A stretch of DNA of 63,041 bases, the filler included, from Chiloscyllium plagiosum (Eukaryota): NCBI RefSeq assembly GCF_004010195.1. It is 5 parts of 2 records of this genome, joined end to end, with 100 filler letters (N's around TTAATTAATTAA, not from the genome) between each part and the next. Parts side by side here need not be neighbours in the genome. Positions count along the whole stretch, not along the records: positions 11,408 to 40,842 come from NC_057713.1; 4 more parts are not named here. One strand, 5' to 3'. Below the pieces are notes generated by a model. It saw only the letters and a program-made list of their open reading frames with translations, did not search any database and had not been told where the DNA came from. Position 1 is the first letter of the stretch. The number at the start of each line of letters is the position of its first letter. The position numbers were made by a program, and so were the translations under genes. Shown one piece after another: positions 11,966-24,959 of this stretch.

Positions 11966-14900
11966 ACCATTACTCTCTTCTCCTGATGCCCAGCTAGTTC
12001 TCCATCCATATAGCAATTACACTCTTGATCCCATTTGATTTCACTTTCTCCACTAGCCTACCATGGGAAACCTTATCAAATGCCTTACTGAAGTCAGTAT
12101 ATATGACATCATCAGTCCTTCCCTCATTAATTAACTTTATTACTACCTTAAAGAATTCTATTATGTTGGTAAGACATGACCTTCCCTGCACAAAATCATG
12201 TTGCCTATCACTGATAAACCAATTTTCTTCCATTTAAATAGATCCGACCCATTAGTATCTTCTCTAACACCTTCCCCATCACTGACGTCAGCCCCACCAG
12301 TCTGTAATTACCTGAATTATCCCTGCTACCCTTCTTAAACAAGGGGATGACATTAGCAATACTCCAGTCCTCCGGGACTTCACTCGTGTTCAATGATGCT
12401 GCAAAGAAATCTGTTAGGCCCCAGTTATTTCCTATTTTGCTTCCCTCAGTAACTAGGGATGGATCCCATCTGGATCTGGGAAATTGTCGACCTTAATGCC
12501 TTTTAGAATACCCCAAAACCTTTCCCCTCTTTTGGTGACTTGACTTCGAGTAATCAAACATCTGTCCCTAACCTCAGCATCCCTCACGGCCCTTTCCTCG
12601 TTGATTACAGACGCAAAGTACTAATTAAGAATTTCATCTATTTTCTCTGACTCTTCGTATAACTTTCCTCCTTTGTCCTTGAGTGAGAAAACCCTTTCTC
12701 TCGTTACCCTCTTGCTCCTTATATACAAATAAAAGGCTTTGATTTTATTTAACTCTGTTTGCTGAAGATATTTCATTTCCCCTTTTAGCCCTCTTTATCC
12801 CTCATTTCAGATTGATAGTACTTTTCCGATATTCTTCCAAAGCTTTGTCTGTTTTCAGTCGCCTAGAACTTATATATTCTTCGTTTTCCTTTTAACTAGT
12901 CTCACCTTATCACCTGTCATCCATGCTTCCCTAATGTTGCCATTTCTATCCCTCATTTTCACAGGGACATGTCAGTCCTGCACTCCAATCAACCTCTCTT
13001 TAAAAGTCAACCACGTATTATATGTGGACTTACCTTCAAACAGCTGCTACCTAATCCACATTCCCCAGCTCCTGCTGATTTTTGCTATCGTTGGCCTTCT
13101 CCAATTTAGCACTCATCCTTGAAGATCACTCTCGTCTTTGTCCATGAGTATTCTGAAACTTATGGAATTTTGAACACTATTCCCAAGGTATTCCACTACT
13201 GAAAGTCCAAGCACCTGCCCGGGCTCATTCGCCAACGCCAGGTCCAATATGGCTCCTTCCCAAGTTGGACTATTTACATACTGCTCTCGAAAACCCTCCT
13301 GGATACTCCTTAAAAATTTTGTTCCATCTAGACCTCTAACACTAAGTTAATTCCAGTCAATGTTGGGAAAATTAAAATCTCCTATCACCACCACCCTGTT
13401 GCTCCTACATCTTTCCATAATCTGTTCACATATTTTACCTCTATCTCATGCTCGCTGTTGGGAGGCCTGTATTACAGCTTCAACATAGTTACCACACTCT
13501 TCTTATTTCTGAACTCTGTCCATGTTGCCTCACTGCTCGAGTCCTCCATAGTACCCTCCTTTAGCACAGCTGTGATATCCTCTCTGACCAGTAAAGCAAC
13601 TCCTCCATCCCATTTCCCTCCCTCTGAATGCTGCCTGAGGCATCTATAGCCTGGGATATTTCATTGCCAATCCGGCCCTTCCCTCAATCAAGTCTCATCA
13701 TATACCAGATACTATTCCAAGCCATAAAGTCATCTGCCATAACTACTACACTTCTTTCATTAAATAAGATGTACCTCAGACAACTCTTTGCATTCACCAT
13801 CTGCTCCCTGCCTACTCTTACCCTTAGTCTTGCTGACTTCATCAATATTCCTTAGAGGCTTTAGTTGCTACCTCTTTCCTGTCCACTAACCTCCTCATTT
13901 GGTTCCCATTTCTCTGCCACATTAGCTTAAACCCTCTCCAACACCTTTAGGAAAAGCACCCCGAAGGACATGGATTCCAGTCTGGCCCATTACTAGACCG
14001 TCCAATTTGTTATTGTCCCATCTCCCCACAATCGGTTCCAATGTCCCAAAAATCTGAACCCCTCCTCTCTGCACCATCTCTCAAGCCATACATTCATCCT
14101 GCCAATTCTTTCATTTCTACCCTGACTGTTACACGGTACAGGTATCAAATCGTGAGATTAGTACCTCTGAGGGCTTACCTTTTAACTTGGCTCCTAACTC
14201 CCTAAATTCTGCTTGTAAGATCTCATCCTTTTTTAAATGTATATTGTTGGAGCCTATATGCACCACAACAATTGACTGTTCACCCTCCCCTTTCAGAATC
14301 TTCTGCAGCTGATCTGAGACATTCCTGACCCGTACACCTGGGAGGCAACATGCCATTCAGGCATCTTGTTTTTGAACAAAGCACCGCCTATCTAGTCCCC
14401 CTACAATTGACTCGTCTATGACTGTAGCCCTTTCTCGATTTTTGCAGCCCTTCTTTACAGCAGAGCCCGCCATGTTGCCATGAACCAACTACTGCTGCCT
14501 TCCCCTGGTGAGCCATCTCCCCCAAAAGTACCTAAAGCAAAGTGGTTAGCACTGCTGCCTCACAGCGCCAGGGACCTGGATTCGATTCCAGCCTTGGCCA
14601 ACTGTCTCTGTGGAGTTTGCATAGTCTCTCCACGTCTGCATAGTTTTCCTCTGGGTGCTCCGGTTTCCTCCCACAGTCCAAAGATGTGCAGATCAGGTGA
14701 ATTGGCCATGCTAAATTGCACATGATGTTAGGTGTATTAGATAGAAGAAAATGGGTCTGAGTGGGTGACTCTTTGGAGAGTCGACATGGACTTGTTGGGC
14801 CAAATGTTCTGTTTCCACACTGTAGGGAATATAATTAAAATAAATTAAAAGCCTGTTTTGGAGGGAGATGACTGCAGGAGACAACTGCACTACCTTCCTG

Positions 14901-15480
14901 CTCTTTCTCTGCCTTTTGGTTACCCATTCCCTTTCTCCCTCAGCAATCCTAATTTGCGGTGTGACCAATTTGCTAAATGTGCTTCCCACCAACTCCTCAG
15001 CATCGCGTATGCTCCAAAGTGAGTCCGTCTGCAGTTCCAGAGCCTTCAAATGGTCTAACAAGAGCTGCAGTTAGACACACTTACTGCATGTGAAGAAGTC
15101 AGGGACATCAGTCTGAGCTTTCATACTAAGCAAGAGGAGCATAACATATGTCGGGGATCCCCTGCAATTTTTAATCTTAAGCTGAATTTAGTCCAACTAT
15201 AATATAAAATACAAGGTAAATGAATGAAAGGAAACATTTACCAATCACACGATAAAAAGGAAATAGAAATAAAACTTACATTATCAACACACCACAGTCT
15301 TTTTTTATGGTTCGAGGAGGAGGGTGGGTGGCAGATACGTCTAGTGACTCGGGTTCAGCCCCTTCCCAAGTATGTCAGTTTACTCACCTTCCCAGAGCAC
15401 AATTTAAATGCTCCCATTCAGCTCCTCACTCTCACAGTTCCCACTGCTGCTGAAAGTGGAGGCCGCTGACTCTCATGGTA
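11966..15480 (-). mobile_element. CR1 LINE 5' two-thirds: 5'UTR, ORF1 (Zn-finger/coiled-coil/SGNH esterase), endonuclease and RT start; HE1 SINE nested at ~14540-14830
   Basis: CKKCVxLQLLLDHLKALE; CCLPGVRVRNV...VVVHIGSNNI (esterase block); GDFNFPNID; PEDWSIANVIPLFKKG; DFSKAFDKV. Confidence 0.9.
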
Positions 15481-15489
15481 AGTCCTTTT

Positions 15490-18400
15490 CAGAGGGAAAT
15501 TTACGTTCCTGGCGGTGAAGGTATACTTGCGAAGGTAAAGTGTACTCGTGTAGGCCAATAGCAGCAGTTACAAAGTTTGCAATATTAGGAGGTACATGAT
15601 CAGGAGGAGATGAGGAAATATGTACCTCCAGAGAACTGTTCCTGGAAAAAGTGCGACTACCAGGAATTCGTTGTAAGACAAGACGCGCTTCATTATATAG
15701 ATTGAGGGTAGAACATCCAGTGAAGAGTGGAGAAGTCGTGATTGAAGTATTGGAATAACTCTCAGCTCCAGAAATACAATTTGTCCATATTAACGATATA
15801 GCTGGTTCACAGATAGGAGTGCTGCTTACTGTGGTTGAAAAGCCAGTGAAAACTCAAGAAATGGATCTGTTGCAGGAAGAATATTTTGGGATTTTTCTGG
15901 ACTGAGTGATCACGAATCACAAAATCACCAATTGAAACTGGAGAGATCAAAGAAAGTTGAAGTGGAATTATCAGAGTCTCTGTTTGATCAGATTATTGAG
16001 ACAAACCAGGAGCAGATGGTTGACAAAGTAAATATCTTTAGCTCAGAGAAATTAACTGAGTTAAGGCAGAAATATGAAAATTTGAAGCAATTGTGTCAAA
16101 AAGCATACACAGAAGAAGAATCTAGATGTATCCCGGTGTGGTACTATCTTAAAAAAATGTCTTAATAAGGAATGGATACCATCATATACTCAAGCAGATG
16201 ACATGTGGGCAGAAGTTCATCAAGTCGTATTGCTGGTGCGTTATGGATAGGTGTTGTGGGTAGCAAATGAACTACCTGTGGGAAGTCATTTAGAGGTAAA
16301 AAATAACACTCAAGATAAAATACGAAAAATATTTACTTGCCTGGACATTACAAGGATATAATTAAATTTTGCCAGACAGATATCATATGTCAGGTAATTA
16401 CAAAATCACAGGCAGTAATAAGAACTGCACATATAATACCTATTCCTGCATTTGAGGAACCTTCCACAAGAGACTTACTTGAATGTATAGGACCCCAACC
16501 GAAATAAAAAAGTGGGAATCAGTTTTTGGTTAACAATAATGGATGTGTCTGCTGCATTTCCAACGGCCATTTCTTTACACCATATAAAAGGATTGTTGAG
16601 GAATTAGTCAATTTTTTCACTAGATATCCACGGACATACAATGCGATCAATGTTAATCTTTACATCAAGATTATTCAAGGAAGTTTGGACAATTCAGGAA
16701 TAAAACAATTCAAATCTACTGTATACCATCCCAAATCGCAAGGAGCACTAAAAAAGTTGCATCGGATGTTAAAAGCCATGTTAAGGGCTTATAGACAAGA
16801 CTATTCAAGTGATTAGGAGAAGGAATTCAGTTTGTTCAAATTGCCATTTGAGATGCACAAATTGAATCGACCAAATTCAGTCCATTTCAATTAGTTTTTG
16901 GACATGAATTGAGAGGACCGCTAAATTTCGTTAAGGAGAAGTCGATGAGTCAGAATTCAGAGACCACGTATTTGGATCATGTGTCAAATTTTAGGGATTG
17001 ATTAAATAGAGCAGGGAAGTTGGCTCGACAGTAATCAAAAATATTCAAGCATTCAATGAAACAGGAAGCAGAGAAGAAATCAAAAACTCGCAAGTTTTGC
17101 TTTTGGAGATCAGTTGTTAACGTTACTTCCAGTAATAACAGAATCTTTAAAAGCAAGGTTTAATGGATCTTATCAAGTCAAAAGGATATTGATTGAGGTG
17201 AACTATTTGATAAGGACTCTGGACAGAAAGAAATCTCGCAGAGTGTGTCATGTGAATATGTCAAAAGGTATTTTGACAGGGAGAAAGCAAAAGGAGACTG
17301 TGTTAATGGTTACAACACAGAGGGAAGAACCAAATTCGGAGGATTCTGAATTGGACATTCATCAAATTGATTTGGATAATGAGGAAGTTGTCAAAAATTG
17401 GAATACATTGTTGAATTGCCTTCCAGAGGAAAATCAAAATGACTGAAAGAGTTATTACTAATGCATAGGGACATATGTAGAAATAAGCTGGGAAGCACAA
17501 TCCTAATTATGCATGATGTAGACATAGGAAATGCTGTTCTGATTAAGCAATATCTTCATCGGCATAACTCTCAAACTTTGGCACAGATTCAAAAGGAGGT
17601 TGAACGCATGCTCCAAGTTGATAGAATTGAAGTGTGTTACGGTGACTGGAGTTCACCTGTATAATGCTGTTAAAATCAGATGGCACCCATCGGTTATGTG
17701 TGGACTACTGCAAAGTCAATGCAGTTACAAAGAATGGTATATATCATGTTCCCCATTTGGAAGCATGTTTTGAAAATTTGGGACAACAACTTACATGTTT
17801 AGTGGGACTTGCTCAGAGGATACTGTTAGGTATCTGTATTCGAAATAGTGAAGAAGCTTTTGGCTTTGGTAACGCCGAATGGATTGCGCCAATTTAAAGT
17901 CATGCCATTTAGTATGAAAAATGCGCTTGTCACAATTCAAAGACTAATCAATAATGTCATTTCTGGATTGCCCAGTTGTGTAGTTTATATTGCTGACTTG
18001 GTGATTTTTAGTCTCACATGGAAGAAACATTAATTATAATTGCTGAATCTATTTCCAGAGGCCGGCTTGGTGATAAACCTGGCTAAGAGTGAATTTGCCA
18101 AAGTCCAAGTCAACTTCCTGGGCCATGTAATTGGACATCTCCATGGAACACGAAAGAAAAGGTAACTGGGGAGTTTCACACACCATTGGCAAAAGGAACA
18201 GTTCTACAATTCTTGGGATTGAGCTCATTTTCTTGGAAATTCGTACCAAATTTTACCAGTGTGGTAGCGCCACTCACTGAATATCTAAAGAAAAGCAAGA
18301 AGCTTCAGTGGCTAATGGACTCTCAGAATACACTTGACAACACGAAAACTGTGTTACACACTGCCCCAGTATTAGCCACATCTAATTATGCAAAGCCTTT

Positions 18401-19465
18401 CAAGTTGAGTATTGATTCCAGTGATGTGGGTGTCAGTGGTGTGCTCTGACAGGAAGATGATGAGAAGATAGAAAGACTCATCAGATATTTCTCCAGGAAG
18501 ATGGTCATTTATCAGAAAAAATATTCTCGACAGTTGTGAAGGAGACCTTGTGCTTGGTGTTGGCGTGGCACCATTTCAGTGTTTATGTTACCAGTAATAT
18601 ATCTGAAACAATCATATTCACTGATCATAAACCATTGAAGTTTTTGGAGAAACTTAAGGACAAAAATTCCAGAATGTTTAGATAGAGCTTGTCAAAACAG
18701 CCATTCAATTTGAAAATCGCGCATGCAACAGGACGAGAAAAATGATTGCCGATGCATAGTCATGACTTGGATGAATGCAGAGGCGTTCAGAGGCAGGAGT
18801 AAATGGACTGAAATAGAATGTAGCAGTGCACATTTACATGATTATAGTCAATGCAATATCTATGTTTTGTAGTGTTCAAACAATGTAAAGCTAATCAAAT
18901 TTAAAAGAAGCCATCTTTGGATAATGATGGAGTTTTAAAAGGGGGAGGTGTGTCATTGTTGTTCCTTTAACAAGGTTAATCTATCCTTGATTTTTTTGAG
19001 AGGTGTTGTTAAAGGCAGAGGTTTCGATACGTCTGGAACTATTTACTTGAAAAGACTTCTTAGATTTTAGTTTAAAAAGCACTTGTATTATGAAAAGGGA
19101 GTGATCAGTTCTCCTCTTGCAGTTTCTTTCAGGTTTTGGTTAATATTTAGCTGGGGACCCAAAGTATCTTCGCCCTGCTGACCCTCTGTTTCTTCGTGTT
19201 TTGTGTTATGGGATGTTGTAGGAAATTGAACCAGCTCTTTTTTCAGTTGTGTTTTCGTGTTGGTTGGATTTTCAAATATTTATGCTATTCAAAATTCGGT
19301 TTACTTTGTGTAGAAATAAATTCTGTTTTGTTCAAAAACGAGTGTTTTGACCTATTGTATCTGCCCTGTAATATTCACCTCACATCTGCTTAAAACAATG
19401 AGAAAATTTAGAGTTTGGGCCACCTTCTTAAATTGATTTAACAGTGTTTGGCGTGTTTAATAACA
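15490..19465 (+). mobile_element. Gmr1-like Ty3/Gypsy LTR retrotransposon, decayed, 5' LTR and gag missing
   Basis: Protease-like remnant ~15500-15830; integrase ~16200-17300 (STVYHPKSQG, FSPFQLVFG, ARFNGSYQV); RT ~17460-18180 (WSSPV, RLCVDY, VMPFSMKNA, VYIADL); RNase H ~18380-18770 (PFKLSIDSSDVG, TDHKPL); polypurine tract AAAAGGGGGAGG at 18937-18948. Confidence 0.9.
18949..19465 (+). repeat. 3' LTR of the Gmr1-like element
   Basis: Starts TGT immediately after the polypurine tract, AATAAA near 19314, ends TAACA where SINE sequence resumes. Confidence 0.75.
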
Positions 19466-19735
19466 GTGGAGTCTGCACATTTTCAAATTGGTTGTGTGGG
19501 ATTCGTCCAGGTGTTACGGTTTTCTTCCACAGTCCAAAGTTGTGCAGGTTGAGATGGATTGGCTATGCTAAATTGTGTTATGAATTCCAGGGATATGCAG
19601 GCTAGGTCGGTGAGCAATGGGAAATAGAGAGATTGGGTAAGGGTGGGGGTGGGGGGCGGTTGAGAAGCTTTCAGAGGATCAGTGTGGCATCAATGGACCA
19701 AATGGACTGCTTCTACACTGTAGGGATTCTATAAT
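19466..19735 (+). mobile_element. 3' part of a diverged HE1 SINE
   Basis: GTGGAGTCTGCACATT...CCACAGTCCAAAG...ACACTGTAGGGATTCTA. Confidence 0.75.
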
Positions 19736-20120
19736 CTGTGGTTGCAATGGACAGCTCCATAGAACATCCTCCAACCCAGGATTCCCCAATGGAAGAACAG
19801 GGGACTCCAGTGTAGAAACCCCTCCGCTGTGCATCCCCAACACCCGGTGGTAAATAGACTTGCCAAGGCATCTGGGTGGGAGGTGAAGGGGAATAGGTGC
19901 ATTGTGGGCAGCAGCAGTCTAAACCTGTCCCGGCATTTTGCTTCTCAAAATGACACAAAACATATATCTCAGAGGTAGCTCAGGCAGTGGACCACAGGTG
20001 CTAGGATAAGTTTGGGATCCTGGGGCCAAGGTGAAATTCCAGGGGTACATGCCAATGGGAATCCACCACACACCTAATCTTCCTCCAACTGCATCAAGAC
20101 GGTGGCACAGTGCATCATTT

Positions 20121-20415
20121 GGGCGGCACTGTGGCACAGTGGTTAGCACTGCTGCCTCACAGCGCCAGAGACCCGGGTTCAATTCCTGCCTCAGGCGACT
20201 GACTGTGTGGAGTTTGCACATTCTCCCCGTGTCTGCGTGGGTTTCCTCCGGGTGCTCCGGTTTTCTCCCACAGTCTAAAGATGTGCAGGCCAGGTGAATT
20301 GGCCATGCTAAATTGCCAGTAGTGTTAGGTTAGGGGTATGGATGGGTTACGCTTCGGCGGGTCAGTGTGGACTTGTTGGGCCAAAGGGCCTGTTTCCACA
20401 CTGTAATGTAATCTA
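20121..20415 (+). mobile_element. Young HE1 SINE
   Basis: Intact A box, GGGTTCAATTCC B box and CCTGTTTCCACACTGTAATGTAATCTA tail. Confidence 0.95.
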
Positions 20416-20419
20416 AAGA

Positions 20420-22650
20420 CATCGGGTCCGTGAACCACACTTTTATCTGTTATGTTCTTGTTCAGGGTGTCAGTAAAAGCACCGGTTGTACCTGTTGTAA
20501 AGAATTGCATTCAACGCTGCACCACCAGGAAAACCACCACTGCGGCCAGGAAACCACTATCAAGCATCGCCTGAGAGAGGCAATGCTTATGTGAAATCAA
20601 AAGTGAAGGAGAGTTTGGGGATCAAATTAAAACTGAATGGAGGATGAAGTAAAGCAGTACAGCTCTCCCCATCCCCCACGATGCTCACCTTTCCATGCAG
20701 GCATCGAAAGCATTGGTGGACACGGCATGTTCCCTCTCCAAGGTGACGTGCACTCGAACACGGCCGTGGATGACCGGCAGGTAGTTTGCAGAAATGACAT
20801 TTCCACGGCCAACTGCTTGGACCTATTTATAGCCAGCCTCGCCAAGGCCCAGGAGCAGGCCCAGAAGGAGATTCTCTATCCTGCATGCACCTCACTGTAA
20901 TGAGTGCCCGAAGATCAGACGTTTGAGACGGAAGTCAAAAACAGCAGAATGTTCTTCAGGTACCAAAACATATTGCAAATGCCTACAACCAATATACACG
21001 TGATCCACTCACTCCACAGCACCTCAAAACAAACAGTTGGACTGGGGATCCGTGAATCACTGTAATCTACGTTTAGAGGGGACTGCTGCATGCAATCCAC
21101 TTCGCCATAGATCACCAGGGAAAAAGGCAGGACTCTGATGTAGAGAGCCCTCCACTGGGGATCTCCACAACCCGGTGTTAAATGGGCATGCCAAGGCGTG
21201 TCCAGGTGATAGATGAAGGAGAAGAGGTGGATGGCATGCAGCAGTCAATTCCCCAAAGGGCACATAAAATAAACTCCTGAAGTGCCTCTGGTTGTGGGCC
21301 ACAGGCGGCCCGGGGAATTATGGGCTCCTCAGGACAATGTGAAATTTCATTCTGGAAGAAGTACACACAGACGTGTTTCCACCGGACACCTAGGTATCCT
21401 CCATCTGATGCACAAAGTCCTGCTTGAGCACTGCCGTTTCAAGGCGTCAGATGGCAGACGCCAAGAACTGAGTGTCTACTGCCACACTGCGTGCCAAATT
21501 TCCGAGCTTCCAGCCTCGGCCCCCATCACCCAGCACGTCCCAATCCATGGTGGAACCGTAACCCTCCTTTTCGACAGCCATTCGATTCAGCGGTTGTGGA
21601 TGTGCAGATTGTTGAGCAACGGCTTTCTGACAATGGCTGCTAGTGCTTGATGGAGGGTGGGTGCAGTGCAAGTCAACCAGATCCCAGAGAGCGATCACGT
21701 CCTGGTAAAAGACAGGCAGCATCGTGAGGCTGACCTTCAATACTTCATGGTCAATACATTGGCAGTGCACACCAGCTAGGAGGGTTCTTAACGTAAATAT
21801 ATCACTGGAAGTTCAGAACTTGGAAAATCACCACCTGGGCGCACTCCAGTGACTGACTGCCTTCCTCAATTGGGAGATTCCGAACCAGTGCCACGATCCA
21901 GTGCATCTTTTTGTCCAGAAGAAGTGAACCAACATTCTCATGGATGCTATCTACAAAACCAGGAGGAGGGAATAAAGGGACAAGCCAATACCACGGAAGT
22001 TCAGAACTTGGAAAATCACCACCTGGCCGCACTCCAGTGACTGACTGCCTTCCTCAATTGGGAGATTCCGAACCAGTGCCACAATCCAGTGCATCTTTTT
22101 GTCCAGAAGAAGTGAACCAACATTCTCATGGATGCTATCTACAAAACCAGGAGGAGGGAATAAAGGGACAAGCCAATACCACAACACGAAGACCACCAGC
22201 TGGTTTATGACCAGCACTCAACTCCTGTAAGTCAGCACTGGGAGCAGTCCTGTCCAGTGACCTAGGTGAGCCAAGACTTTGGTCTCCAGTTACTGCCAAT
22301 TCACCAGCCTGGATTCCCCAACCGGCCTTAGGTAGACCCCCAGGGAGAGGAGAAGGATCGTACTTCAGCTGAAACCCTGTGACTACTCCAGTGGAGACAA
22401 GATTAGAGTGGTTCTGGGAAGCACAGCAGCTCTGGCAGCATCCGAAGAGAAGGAAAAACGACGTTTCAAGCAAAAGCCCTTCATTGTTCCTAAAGGAGCT
22501 GCTAACGGGTGCCACACCCTTTTCTGAGCGGGTAATATAAGGGGATCCACGGGCCAGATCCTGGTGGAGCTGGATCCATGACATCATGTACGTGCCACAG
22601 GACCCAACAAGGTGCCAGTCCTGTAGCGCAGCCTTCTTCTCTTCATACAC
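20420..22650 (-). mobile_element. Decayed Tx1/L1-clade non-LTR retrotransposon ORF2 (late RT to C-terminus)
   Basis: Minus-strand remnants LVINQLVVFVLWY, LPIEEGSQSL, LPVFYQDVIALW and GDLWRxxLHAAVP, typical of Tx1-type ORF2; partial pLTR at ~22395-22485. Confidence 0.7.
21807..22182. repeat. 188-bp tandem duplication within the Tx1 relic
   Basis: 21807-21994 versus 21995-22182, two substitutions seen. Confidence 0.95.
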
Positions 22651-24838
22651 TGGAATTTTAGGAGTTGCAGTTGATTTCCGTGAATTCCAGGAACAGCAAT
22701 TACTGTTTTATACGCTGTTGTATTGTTTTGGAACTTCGGAGAAAAACAAAGTCAATACGACGGCACTTTTAAAAGGGAACAAGACAGATAGAGGCAGCGA
22801 GCATATGGTCTGTAAGGGAGAGAGAAAAAGAAACCTACACTGCGAACTGACAGAGCAGTGAATCTGAGAAATTACTGGGCATCAGAGTGCATCCAGGAAA
22901 ATATAAACAACGAAATTCATAGCTGACCTTGGAGCTCACAGCACAGGAGGAGAGAAGTGCAGTTTTTATCGTGCAACCTAGCTTTAAGTCTGCAGTACTG
23001 CATAGAGTGAGTTCATTCTTGATTATATGTTTTATTGAAATCTACCTCCTGATTACATTTTTAAAATATAAACTGTAAGTACTAAGTTAGCCTGGAATAC
23101 TGTTTTTTAGGGCAAAAGGTTGGTGCCATTTTCTGGGACTATAGATTGTGAAGGAGCAAAGATGGCCTTTAGTATTCTCATATGCTCTTGTTGCGGGATG
23201 TGGGAGATTAATGAGGATTTCCATGTTATTGTTGATTATGTCTGCAGTAAGTGTGCTTGGTTGCAATGCCTATTAGATCGCATGGATCGGTTGGAGCGAC
23301 AGTTAGAGGCGATGAGAAATTTACAAGAGCTGGGGGTATTATGGATGGCAGATACAGGAAAGCAGAAATTCTGCAAATCCAGTCAGGTAGATGGGTTAAC
23401 TCTCGGAAAGTCAGAAGGGGTAGGCAGGTAGTGCAGGAGTCTTCTGTGGCTATCACCATCTCAAACAAGTTTACATTTTTTTTAGAAAATGTAGGAGCTG
23501 ATAGACTCTCAGGGGAATGTAGTATTAACAGCCAAGTTTCTGGTATCGAGACAGACTCTAATGCAATGAAGGGTATGTCGGTTTCCAAGTGATTGATTGT
23601 GATAAGGGACTCTCTAGTCTGAGGTACAGACCGACTTTTCTACAGCAACCAGCGAATAATCAGAATGGTATGTTGCCTCCCTGGTGCCAGGATCAAGGAT
23701 ATCTCAGAGTGGGTGCAGAATGTTCTCAAACGGGAGAGGGACCAGGAGGAGGTCATTTAACACATTGGAAACGATGACATAGGAAGGGAAAAGGATGAGA
23801 TTCTGAAGGGAGAATATAGAAAAGTATGCAGGAATTTAAAAAGGAGGTTGTCAAGAGTAGTAATATCTGGATTACTCCCAGAGCTATTGGTTAGTGAGGG
23901 TAGGAATAGTAGAATAGAGCAGATGAATGTGTGGCTGATGAGCTGGTGCATGGGAGAAGGGTTCACATTTTCGAATCATTGAAATCTCTTCTGGTGTAGC
24001 AGTGACCTGTACAAGAAGGATGGATTGCACTTGATTTGGAACGGGACTAATATACAGGCAGGGAGATTTTCCAGAGCCGCTGGGGAGGATTTAAACTAGT
24101 AAGGTGATGGAGTTGCATCAGGAAGATAGTGAGGAAAGATATCAATCTGAGACTGGTACAGTTGGGACAGAGAGCAAGTCAAACAGTCAGGGCAGCAAGG
24201 AACGGAGCAGAGAACAAGGTAGGACTGATCGATTACACTGTAATCGCTACAATGCAAGAGAGCTAACAGGCATTTTAGATGATCTCAGGGCATAGTTAGG
24301 AACATGGGACTGGGATATCATAGTAATTGCAGAAACGTGGCTCAGAGATGGACAGGACTGGCAGCTCAATGTTCCAGGATAGAAATCCTACAGGAAAGAT
24401 AGAAAGGGGGACATGGGAGGAGGGGGAGTGGCGTTTTTGATAAGGGATAACATTACAGCTGTACTTAGGGAGGATATTCTTGGGAATACATCCAGGGAAG
24501 TTATTTGGATTGAACTGAGAAATAAGAAAGGGATGGTAACTTTACCGGAATTGTATTATAGACCCCCTAATAGTCAGTAGGAAATTGAGAAACAAATTTG
24601 TAAGTTTCAGCTATCTGTAAGAATAATAGTGTAGGTATGGTAGGGGATTTTAACTTTCCAAACATAGATTGGGACTGCCATAATGTTAAGGGTTTAGATG
24701 GAGATGAATTTGTTAAGTGTGTGCAAGAAAATTTTCTGATTTTGTATGTGGATGTAGCTACTAGAGAATGTGCAAAACTTGACCCACACTTGGGGAATAA
24801 GGCAGGACAGATGCCTGGGGTGTCAGTGGGAGAGCATA
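22650..24838 (+). mobile_element. CR1 LINE 5' part: probable 5'UTR, ORF1 (CxxC..CxxC, coiled coil, esterase) and APE endonuclease
   Basis: CSCCGMWE...YVCSKC...RMDRLERQLE; CCLPGARIKDISE, HIGNDDI; WDIIVIAETWL, GGGVAFL, VGDFNFPNIDW. Confidence 0.85.
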
Positions 24839-24959
24839 TAACATAGAACACAAATGTACAGGCCCTTCGGCTTTCGATGTTGCCCCGACATGTGAAACTA
24901 GTCTGAAGCCCATCTAGCCTACATTTTAAGGGCATTTAAATGATCATTGTATAGTCATA

